Shown: positions 1 to 7,519 of the stretch, one piece after another
Numbering within the stretch: position 1 is the first letter of the stretch
Layout of the letters: each line of letters opens with the position of its first letter
From: Myxococcota bacterium
GTDB lineage: Bacteria > Myxococcota_A > UBA796 > CAJQPC01
NCBI GenBank assembly: GCA_036012755.1
Contig: DASCPX010000193.1
Location: 12,365-76,364 of the forward strand
Length of the DNA: 64,000 bases
Reading direction: 5' to 3'
Position numbers and translations under genes: made by a program
Notes under the pieces: model-generated
What the model saw: only the letters and a program-made list of their open reading frames with translations
Databases searched by the model: none
Told to the model about the DNA's origin: nothing

Positions 1-933
1 TGTCAGGAGCCACTGTCTCAGCCCGGTCATGACGAAGGGGGCCATCGCGATCCCGGCGACGACGAGGCACACGAGCCCGACGCCACCGACCACCAACCGG
101 CGCTCCGGAAAGGCCTTGAGGGCGAAGAGCCAGGCGGCCCCGACCGTGAGCACCAACATCATCGCGGGGTGGAAGCCCGAGAGGTAGGCGTAGGTGAAGG
201 GCGTGCCGCCAGCGACCCCCATGGCGATGGCCGGAGGCGCGAGGACGAGCACGCCGAAGGCCATGCCCGCGATCGAAGACCAAGGCGTCTCCTTGCTCAT
301 CAGGCCGGCGAGGCAGAACGCCCCCATGCCCAGGGCCGCGTACATGAGGCCGCCGACCCAGGCGAGGCAGGCGCAGGCAGGCAGCAAGCCCACCATCCAC
401 CAGCGCGGCTTGTCCCGCGTCGCCTCGGCGGCCATGGCGACCAGGAAGAGCCCCTCTGCCGGGTTGTGGTCGAGGCGCGCGAACTGGGTCGCTGCGACGT
501 GCATGGGGACGATGGCGACGAAGACCCCAGCCGCCAGGCCGGCCCACACGCCGAACAGCCGCCTGGCCAGATCCGCCGAGAGCAGGACGGTGATCACACC
601 GACGAGCAGGCCCGCGAAGCCGAGCCCGGCCTGGAAACCGAGGCTCTCCGTGGAGAAGCCGCCGCAGATCCAGGCGAAGAGCGCGAGCCACCCGTCCCAG
701 CCCGGCGCCCAGGGCACGGTGGCCCCCTCCGGGTAGCCGAGGAAGGGGTCCCACACGCTCGGCCAGGGAGGGTGCTCGAAGAAGCTCATCGCGCGGCGAA
801 GGTGGTAGGCGGAGTCCCCATCGCTGGGGATCAGCTGGCCGTCCCGGAAGTGCGTGGTGGGTCTGGACAGGCGGACGGCGACGGCGAGCAGCCCGGTCCC
901 GACGATGCCTGTCCGCCAGACGCGCTCGCTCAT
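1..933 (-). CDS. STT3/AglB/PglB-like oligosaccharyltransferase-type GT-C membrane protein, N-terminal 311 codons only (gene runs off the window start)
   Basis: Not in the ORF track because it is open at the window edge. My reverse-complement translation from ATG (comp. 933-931) is stop-free to nt 1: MSERVWRTGIVGTGLLAVAVRLSRPTTHFRDGQLIPSDGDSAYHLRRAMSFFEHPPWPSVWDPFLGYPEGATVPWAPGWDGW..., then many hydrophobic helices and TQFARLDHNPAEG. The D-x-x-YHLR first-loop motif followed by 'yPeG' is what I remember from STT3/AglB N-termini. The WWDYG region would lie outside the window. Confidence 0.6.
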   Translation of the reverse strand, partial: MSERVWRTGIVGTGLLAVAVRLSRPTTHFRDGQLIPSDGDSAYHLRRAMSFFEHPPWPSVWDPFLGYPEGATVPWAPGWDGWLALFAWICGGFSTESLGFQAGLGFAGLLVGVITVLLSADLARRLFGVWAGLAAGVFVAIVPMHVAATQFARLDHNPAEGLFLVAMAAEATRDKPRWWMVGLLPACACLAWVGGLMYAALGMGAFCLAGLMSKETPWSSIAGMAFGVLVLAPPAIAMGVAGGTPFTYAYLSGFHPAMMLVLTVGAAWLFALKAFPERRLVVGGVGLVCLVVAGIAMAPFVMTGLRQWLLT

Positions 934-954
934 GGGGCGGGATACTACGCCGCC

Positions 955-1668
955 ATGCTGAAACCGCTGCCCGATCCCCTCCTCAGCATCGTGATCCCCG
1001 TCTACGACGAGGAGGCCACCCTCGACGAGATCATCAGGCGGGTGGATGCCCAGCCCTGGCGCATGGAGATCCTCGCGGTAGACGACGGGAGCACCGACCG
1101 CAGCCTGGAGATCCTGCGCCGCCTCGAGGACGAGTACGACGACCTGCGCGTGTTCTCGATGCCGAAGAACAGCGGAAAAGGCGCGGCACTACGAGAGGGC
1201 TTCTCCCAGGCGCGAGGCGACATCGTGGTGATCCAGGACGCCGACCTCGAGTACGACCCGGGTGACTACGCGGCGCTGCTCGAGCCCATCCTCGACGGTC
1301 GAGCCCATGTCTGTTTCGGCAGCCGCTTCCTCGGCGGTCCCCACCGGGTCCTGAACTACCACCACTACCTGGCCAACCGGACGCTGACGAACCTGAGCAA
1401 CGTCTTCACCAACCTGAACCTCACGGACATGGAGACCTGCTACAAGGCCTTCCGCCACGAGGTCCTCGACAGCATCTCGATCACCGAAGACCGCTTCGGC
1501 TTCGAGCCCGAGTTCACGGCACAGGTCGCGGCCCACGGCTTCAGGGTCTACGAGGTGCCGATCAGCTACTCCGGGCGAGACTACGAGGAAGGCAAGAAGA
1601 TCACCTGGAAGGACGGCGTTCGAGCCCTCCGCGTCATCGTGACCTCCCGGTTCAAAGCCATGCGGTGA
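955..1668 (+). CDS. family-2 glycosyltransferase, polyprenyl-phosphate sugar synthase-like
   Basis: The real start is the internal ATG at 955 of track ORF 169..1668 (MLKPLPDPLLSIVIPVYDEEATLDEII). The upstream part of that ORF is antisense to the STT3-like gene. Motifs: SIVIPVYDE, AVDDGSTDRS, KNSGKGAALREGF, IQDADLEYDP (DxD), GSRF. It is divergent from the STT3-like gene with 21 bp between start codons. Confidence 0.9.
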   Translation: MLKPLPDPLLSIVIPVYDEEATLDEIIRRVDAQPWRMEILAVDDGSTDRSLEILRRLEDEYDDLRVFSMPKNSGKGAALREGFSQARGDIVVIQDADLEYDPGDYAALLEPILDGRAHVCFGSRFLGGPHRVLNYHHYLANRTLTNLSNVFTNLNLTDMETCYKAFRHEVLDSISITEDRFGFEPEFTAQVAAHGFRVYEVPISYSGRDYEEGKKITWKDGVRALRVIVTSRFKAMR

Positions 1669-1714
1669 AAGGCGCCGCAAAAGGGGATACTCCGCGGCCT
1701 TCCAGAGGTCCCCC

Positions 1715-3739
1715 ATGCTCCGCCTCCTCTTCGCTGCGCTGCTGTTGTGCTCGTCCACCGCTCAGGCGGAGGAGCCCACGGAGGAGCCGAGCTTCTTCGA
1801 CAAGACGGACGCGGCCTTCGCAGAACACGTGGTCGGACCGCTCGCGTCGGTCCTGTTCTTCGACATCGCCTTCTGGGACAACTCGCTCACGAAGGGAGAC
1901 GGCCTTGGCGAGACCGTCGGCGACGAGCGCGTCGTCGACTGGAGCGAAGACGACGGCTACGTCTTCCAGCAGGTGCTCAGGGCGCCGGTGGCGGAGCTCG
2001 AGGCCCGCGTCACAGGCGAGATCGAGGTCACCGACGAGGTCACCTGGTACCTCTCGCGGAACGAAGAGGGCATCAACGTCGGCAGCGTGCTCGCCCAGCC
2101 GACCAACATGATCGACGAGGAGTCGGAGCCGAACGAGGACGGGAACTACGTCATCGAGGGCTTCGCGCCCTTTCCGATCGAGGTCACCGTCGACGAAGAG
2201 ACAGGCGCCGTCACCGTCGTCGAGGCGAAGGAGATCCCGCTCCCCGATGGCTATGACATCGGGTCCCATGTGAGCGTCGAGCGCAACGGCATCGTGGCCC
2301 TCGACGGCGTCGAGTACGTCGTGGACGCCATCGACGGCGACGAGGCCGTGCTCATGGGCGCGTCGCGCAGTGAAGACCTGGTCCTGGACAACCCCCAGGA
2401 CATGAAGCTGCCCATCGTCGTGGTGTGGCTGGTGCTGGGCGCGATCTTCTTCACCCTGCGCATGAACTTCATCAACATCCGCGGCTTCGTGCACTCGCTG
2501 CAGGTCACGGCGGGCAAGTACGACAACCCGGACGACCCTGGCGAGATCAGCCACTTCCAGGCGCTGTCCTCGGCGCTGTCCGCCACGGTCGGGCTCGGCA
2601 ACATCGCCGGTGTCGCCGTGGCTGTCGGCGTCGGCGGCCCCGGCGCGGTCTTCTGGATGATCTGCGCCGGCTTCCTCGGCATGAGCTCGAAGTTCGCCGA
2701 GTGCACCCTGGGCCAGATGTACCGGACCATCGGTCCCGACGGCAAGGTCATGGGCGGTCCCGTGCGCTACCTCGAGGCCGGGCTCAAGGAGCTCGGCATG
2801 GGCGCCATGGGCAAGGTCCTGGCCGTGGTCTTCGCCATCATGTGCATCGGCGGGAGCCTCGGCGGCGGGAACATGTTCCAGGCCAACCAGAGCTACGCGG
2901 CGGTGGCAGAGGTCGTGCCGATCTTCGCCGACTACGCCTGGCTCTACGGCCTCGTGCTCGCCGGCATCGTCGCGCTGGTGATCATCGGCGGCATCAAGTC
3001 CATCGGCAAGGTCGCCGGCATCATCGTGCCCGTGATGTGCGGCATCTACGTGCTCGCAAGCCTCTGGATCGTCGGCTCCCACGCCGCCGAGCTGCCAGCT
3101 GCCTTCTCGCAGATCATCGGCGAGGCCTTCACCCCCGAAGCCGGCAAGGGTGGCCTCATCGGCGTCCTCATCATCGGCTTCCAGCGCGCGGCCTTCTCGA
3201 ACGAGGCCGGCATCGGCTCCGCCGCCATCGCCCACTCCGCGGCGAGCACGGACGAGCCGGTCCGCGAGGGTATCGTCGCCCTCCTCGGCCCCTTCATCGA
3301 CACGATCATCGTCTGCACGATGACCGGGTTGGTGGTCGTCATCACCGGCGCCTACAAGGGCGAGGCCCAGGGTGTCGTCATGACGTCAGAGGCCTTCGGC
3401 TCCGTGCTGAGCTGGTTCCCCCTGGTGCTGTCGCTGGCGGTCGTGCTGTTCGCCTTCTCCACGATGATCAGCTGGAGCTACTACGGCGAGCGGTGCTGGA
3501 GCTACCTCTTCGGCGACAAGCCGCTGGTAGGCATGATCTACAAGGTCGTCTTCCTCGCCGCAGTCTTCTTCGGCGCGGTCTTCAACCTGGGCTCGGTGCT
3601 CGACTTCTCCGACCTGATGGTGCTCGGCATGGCTTTCCCGAACATCCTCGGCGTCGTGCTCTTGAGCAACAAGGTCAGGGCGGCCCTCGACGACTACTGG
3701 GGTCGGCTCAAATCGGGCCAGATGAAGGTCCGAAAGTAG
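1715..3739 (+). CDS. alanine/glycine:cation symporter (AGCS) family transporter with long N-terminal extension
   Basis: 674 aa. Core AGCS block GEISHFQALSSALSATVGLGNIAGVAVAVGVGGPGAVFWMICAGFLGMSSKFAECTLGQMYR, then polytopic to the C-terminus. It has a signal-peptide-like start (MLRLLFAALLLCSSTAQA) and about 230 extra N-terminal residues. Confidence 0.85.
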   Translation: MLRLLFAALLLCSSTAQAEEPTEEPSFFDKTDAAFAEHVVGPLASVLFFDIAFWDNSLTKGDGLGETVGDERVVDWSEDDGYVFQQVLRAPVAELEARVTGEIEVTDEVTWYLSRNEEGINVGSVLAQPTNMIDEESEPNEDGNYVIEGFAPFPIEVTVDEETGAVTVVEAKEIPLPDGYDIGSHVSVERNGIVALDGVEYVVDAIDGDEAVLMGASRSEDLVLDNPQDMKLPIVVVWLVLGAIFFTLRMNFINIRGFVHSLQVTAGKYDNPDDPGEISHFQALSSALSATVGLGNIAGVAVAVGVGGPGAVFWMICAGFLGMSSKFAECTLGQMYRTIGPDGKVMGGPVRYLEAGLKELGMGAMGKVLAVVFAIMCIGGSLGGGNMFQANQSYAAVAEVVPIFADYAWLYGLVLAGIVALVIIGGIKSIGKVAGIIVPVMCGIYVLASLWIVGSHAAELPAAFSQIIGEAFTPEAGKGGLIGVLIIGFQRAAFSNEAGIGSAAIAHSAASTDEPVREGIVALLGPFIDTIIVCTMTGLVVVITGAYKGEAQGVVMTSEAFGSVLSWFPLVLSLAVVLFAFSTMISWSYYGERCWSYLFGDKPLVGMIYKVVFLAAVFFGAVFNLGSVLDFSDLMVLGMAFPNILGVVLLSNKVRAALDDYWGRLKSGQMKVRK

Positions 3740-3742
3740 CCG

Positions 3743-5311
3743 GTGGATCCGTCCATCCTGTCGCTGCTCCCCGCGCTCATCGCGGTGGTGCTGGCGCTGA
3801 CGACCCGGAACGTCATCCTGTCGCTCTTCGCCGCGGTCTGGACCGCGGGCACGATGATGCATCCGGTCTCCTTCTCGCTGCCGGTCGTCGAGTACACGGT
3901 CTCGGCGTGGAACCCCCTGGCCGGCCTCTACCACTCGGTCGACCCCTACATCGTGGACGCCGCCGCGGACCGCGACAGCATGAAGGTCACGATCTTCTCG
4001 CTCTTCGTGGGCGGCGCGGTCGGTGTGATGGCCAAGGGCGGTGGGACCGCCGCCCTGGTCGAGCGCATCGTGAAGCACGCTCGGAGCCGCCGAAGCGGCA
4101 TGCTGGTGACCTGGCTCTCCGGCATGCTCGTCTTCTTCGACGACTACGCGAACTGCCTCGTCGTGGGCGCGTCGATGCGCCCACTGTGCGACAAGCTGAA
4201 GATCTCGCGCGAGAAGCTCGCCTACCTCGTCGACTCCACCGCGGCGCCGATCGCGAGCATCGCGCTGGTGTCCACCTGGATCGGCTACGAGGTCGGGCTG
4301 ATGGGCGACGGGCTCGAGATGGCAGGTATCGAAAAAGACGCCTACGCCTTCTTCATCGAGGGCATCGGCTACCGCTTCTACTCCATCTTCACCATCGTCT
4401 TCGTGGGTGCGGTGGCGTTCTTCGGCCGCGACTTCGGACCGATGAGAGCGGCCGAGGAGCGGGCGATGAGGGCCCCCGAGGCGGAAGGGGAGCTCGCCCA
4501 GAAGGACACGAGCCCGGCCCTGCCGCTCTTGGCAATCCTCCCCATCCTGACGCTGGTCGGAGTCACCTTCGGCCACCTCTACGTCGTCGGCAGCGCAGCC
4601 GCGGCCGAGGAGGGGCTGGCCAACCCGGCGCTGTTCGAGATCATCGGCGGCGCCGACGGCTACGACGCGATGCTGCAGGGCTCGCTGGCTGGAATGGTCG
4701 TGGCGATGATCCTCGCCGTAGTGCTGCGGGCGCTGTCGCTGACGGACACCTTCGAGGCCTGCATCAAGGGCATGACGACGCTGTTCCCGGCCCTGGTCGT
4801 GCTCATGCTCGCCTGGGCGCTCGGCTCCGGCATGGCCGACCTGCACGCCGCAGACTACCTCGTCTCGGTCCTTCAGGACTCGCTCCACCCGGCGCTGGTG
4901 CCGACCGTCGTCTTCGTTGTGGCCGCCGGCATCGCCTTCGCGACCGGCACGAGCTTCGGCACGATGGGCATCGTGATGCCGATCGTCATTCCGCTGTCAT
5001 TCGCGCTGGCGCCACACGATCCGGTGATCGCGCTGGCCGCCAGCGGCGCGGTGCTCTCGGGGGCCTGCTGGGGTGACCACTGCTCGCCGATCTCGGACAC
5101 GACCATCCTCTCCTGCGTCGGCAGCGACTGTGACGTGACGGCCCACGTGAAGACCCAGCTGCCCTACGCGATGGCCTGCGGCGCCATCAGCATCGTGCTC
5201 GGCACGCTCCCCGTTGGTTTCGGCGTCCCCCTGTGGATCGTCATCCCCCTCGGGCTGGCGGCTTGCGTGCTCACGGTCCGCTTCGCCGGGAAGCAGCCTC
5301 AGCCCGCCTGA
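3743..5311 (+). CDS. NhaC-type Na+/H+ antiporter family membrane protein
   Basis: 522-aa polytopic protein. The GTG start lies 4 nt after the symporter stop. The N-terminus SLLPALIAVVLALTTRNVILSLF and the overall layout resemble the NhaC family. This call is from memory. Confidence 0.7.
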   Translation: MDPSILSLLPALIAVVLALTTRNVILSLFAAVWTAGTMMHPVSFSLPVVEYTVSAWNPLAGLYHSVDPYIVDAAADRDSMKVTIFSLFVGGAVGVMAKGGGTAALVERIVKHARSRRSGMLVTWLSGMLVFFDDYANCLVVGASMRPLCDKLKISREKLAYLVDSTAAPIASIALVSTWIGYEVGLMGDGLEMAGIEKDAYAFFIEGIGYRFYSIFTIVFVGAVAFFGRDFGPMRAAEERAMRAPEAEGELAQKDTSPALPLLAILPILTLVGVTFGHLYVVGSAAAAEEGLANPALFEIIGGADGYDAMLQGSLAGMVVAMILAVVLRALSLTDTFEACIKGMTTLFPALVVLMLAWALGSGMADLHAADYLVSVLQDSLHPALVPTVVFVVAAGIAFATGTSFGTMGIVMPIVIPLSFALAPHDPVIALAASGAVLSGACWGDHCSPISDTTILSCVGSDCDVTAHVKTQLPYAMACGAISIVLGTLPVGFGVPLWIVIPLGLAACVLTVRFAGKQPQPA

Positions 5312-5357
5312 AGCAGGGCGGCGAGCCCCTCTCCCGAGCTCAGGGTGAAGGGGGACA

Positions 5358-7394
5358 TCACTGCGGCGTCAGCCACCCCTCCTGCTCCAGCACCCGAGCG
5401 ATCTCCGAGGCCAGCACCTGGTGGCCTCGCCGGCTGAGGTGGCAGTCGTCCAGGAAGATGTTGGGGTCCTCTTGCTCGTGGAGGTACGCCGCGGCGTCGA
5501 AGAAGAGCCCACCGTGCTCCTCGGCCAGCTCGCGCTGCATCTCGGCGTACTCGGCGAGGGGCCCGGGGTCCGGGTTGAGGCCCTCGGTCATGAGCAGCAC
5601 CCGGGCGCCCACCCCTTCGGCGGAGGCGAGCACGGCGCGGAGGTTGTCGCGGGCGTCGTCCACCGGCACGGCGACGCCGGTGTCCCGCCGGGCCAGGGCG
5701 AGCACCGTCGTCTTGAACCCGAAGTACAGGCTGCTGCGCTCCATCAGCGGCGTGCCCAGATCCTGCCCGGGCCGGTAGCGCGCGTAGAGCGTCGAGTAGG
5801 GCACCGCCGACTCGGTGAGCAGGTCGTTGTGGGCCACGTACACCGCCAGGATGTCGGGCTCGAGGGTCTCCATCTGGGACTCGGCGTAGAGCCGCACGTG
5901 CAGGGTGTTCCAGCCGCCGACGCCCTGGTTGACCACCTCCCAGCCCTCGAGACGCTGTTCGAGCTCGGCGGGCCAGAACAGCTCGATGTCGTCCATCTGG
6001 AAGGCCCCGCCGGTGCTGCTGCCCCCGAGCGCCACGATGCGCGGCGTGTCGCTGGGCGGAGGGGGGCGCACGGGGAAGCCGTCGCTGGGGTAGCGACGGT
6101 ACTGGCGCAGCTCCATGAGCTCCTGGAACTCGAGCCCGGCTCGCTGCCAGCCCTCGCTCACGGTCCAACCCCGGGACAGGGCGCTGGTCCGGATGGCGAT
6201 CTCGCCGCAGACCAGGACGAGGGCAAGCAGCCCGTAGCTGGCCAGGACGCGGCGAGGGAAGGGGTTCTTGTTCACCCAGGCCAGCCCGGCCCACGGGAGC
6301 AGGGGAAGGCCCACGGCGAGCCAGTCCACGAGCCCTGCACGGGAGCCGATCCAGGGCACGCAGACCAGGAGCGCGGCCAGGCCGGCGCAGAGGGCCCCGG
6401 TGCGCCACAGGGGCCCCCGAGCCCAGGCGATCAACGCCGCGAGCGCCGCGGGCAGGGTGCTCAGCAGCAAAGGACCGGTGAGGCTGGCCACCTCCAACAG
6501 CCGCATGCGGTCGAGCACCACCCGCATGTCCAGCGCGAAGAGCAGGGGCCCTGCGCACAGCGGAAGGAGCGCCAGGGCCCGGCGGTCCCGGCCGAGGAGG
6601 CCACCCAGCGCGGCGAAGAGCAGGGCCAGCGGCAAGGCCAGCCAGCCGCTGCGCAGGCCAGCAGCGAAGGACCCTCCTCCCCAGCCCTCGATCTCCACCG
6701 AGCGGAGCTGGATGCGTCGGATGCCGCCGCTCAGCACCAGCGGCCCGGCGTCGTGCCCACCAGTGCAGCGGCCCACGGCCTGGCCGGACTCGAGGAGCTC
6801 CACGCCCCCCTCGCGCACGCGCAGCACAAGGTCGAGCTCCTCCGGCGGCGCCACGTCGCTGGTGCAGCTCAGGCCGTTGAGCCCGAGGTAGGTCCCGCGG
6901 GTGCGGTCCACGAGCACGCTCGCGCCCTCCTGGAGGTTCTGGATCGAGAGCCCGGGCTTCTGGCCGAAGACCGGCGGAGGACCGCCGCCGGAGTCGCCGC
7001 CGGGAGCGGCGCCCGGGCCTCGAGCACCGGCAGGTCCGGGCGGAGGACCGCCAGGCCGCGGGCCCGCAGGCGCCTGGGGACCCGCGGCCTCGAGGTCCAC
7101 GCCAAACTGGACGCGCAGCTGGCCGCCATCGGGGACGCGGGCCCGGACGCGGATGTCGCCCTCGTCGAAGCGCAGGCCGACCGGAGACAGGGCCCGGTAG
7201 AACCACAGGTCCACCGTCCCCGGGCGCTCGGCCAGCGGTCCGGCCATCCACGCCGTCTCGATCGGGACCGAGCTCTCACGCTCATCCCAGGAGCTTGGAT
7301 CCGCCTGGCCCATCGCACCGGAGAGCGCCCACCACAGGCTCAGCCCCCACGCGGCGCCGCAGAGGGCCCCGAGCGCCCGCCAGGCGTGCCTCAC
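5358..7394 (-). CDS. membrane-anchored SGNH/GDSL-type hydrolase with Pro/Gly-rich linker
   Basis: 678 aa. It has an N-terminal signal/anchor and a PG-rich tract (GPQAPAGPRPGGPPPGPAGARGPGAAPGGDSGGGPPP). A central block of about 6 hydrophobic helices follows. The C-terminal SGNH domain shows IVALGGSSTGG (block I), VNQGVGGWN, and DDCHLSRRGHQ (DxxH block V). Confidence 0.75.
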   Translation of the reverse strand: MRHAWRALGALCGAAWGLSLWWALSGAMGQADPSSWDERESSVPIETAWMAGPLAERPGTVDLWFYRALSPVGLRFDEGDIRVRARVPDGGQLRVQFGVDLEAAGPQAPAGPRPGGPPPGPAGARGPGAAPGGDSGGGPPPVFGQKPGLSIQNLQEGASVLVDRTRGTYLGLNGLSCTSDVAPPEELDLVLRVREGGVELLESGQAVGRCTGGHDAGPLVLSGGIRRIQLRSVEIEGWGGGSFAAGLRSGWLALPLALLFAALGGLLGRDRRALALLPLCAGPLLFALDMRVVLDRMRLLEVASLTGPLLLSTLPAALAALIAWARGPLWRTGALCAGLAALLVCVPWIGSRAGLVDWLAVGLPLLPWAGLAWVNKNPFPRRVLASYGLLALVLVCGEIAIRTSALSRGWTVSEGWQRAGLEFQELMELRQYRRYPSDGFPVRPPPPSDTPRIVALGGSSTGGAFQMDDIELFWPAELEQRLEGWEVVNQGVGGWNTLHVRLYAESQMETLEPDILAVYVAHNDLLTESAVPYSTLYARYRPGQDLGTPLMERSSLYFGFKTTVLALARRDTGVAVPVDDARDNLRAVLASAEGVGARVLLMTEGLNPDPGPLAEYAEMQRELAEEHGGLFFDAAAYLHEQEDPNIFLDDCHLSRRGHQVLASEIARVLEQEGWLTPQ

Positions 7395-7519
7395 GCTGGA
7401 GCTCGCCCGCTGCGCTGGCGCCGTCCCGACATGCGGCAGAGGATACGCGCAGCGGCCCCCGCGCAGCGCTGGGGGGACCCTTCCGGTACCCTGGGCGGGC
7501 TCTCGGAGGAGGCCCCCGG

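Noticed and set aside
169-954. The N-terminal 262 codons of track ORF 169..1668.
   Set aside because: They are Arg/Glu/Gly/His-rich noise and are antisense to the STT3-like membrane gene. The GT2 domain begins cleanly at the ATG at 955.
2425-5076. Very long alternative-frame and antisense ORFs throughout the window. Examples: 2425..5076 (+, 883 aa), 1652..3235 (-), 3386..4888 (-), 5299..7251 (-), 5421..7523 (+), 7391..9976 (-), 9745..12696 (-, 983 aa), 16481..18154 (-), 28705..29676 (-), 53558..55561 (-).
   Set aside because: Their translations are monotonous Arg/Gly/Pro/Ala/Asp strings with no recognisable motifs. That is the expected by-product of a very GC-rich genome, where stop codons are rare in off-frames. 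Each one overlaps a frame with clear family motifs and G/C-rich third positions.
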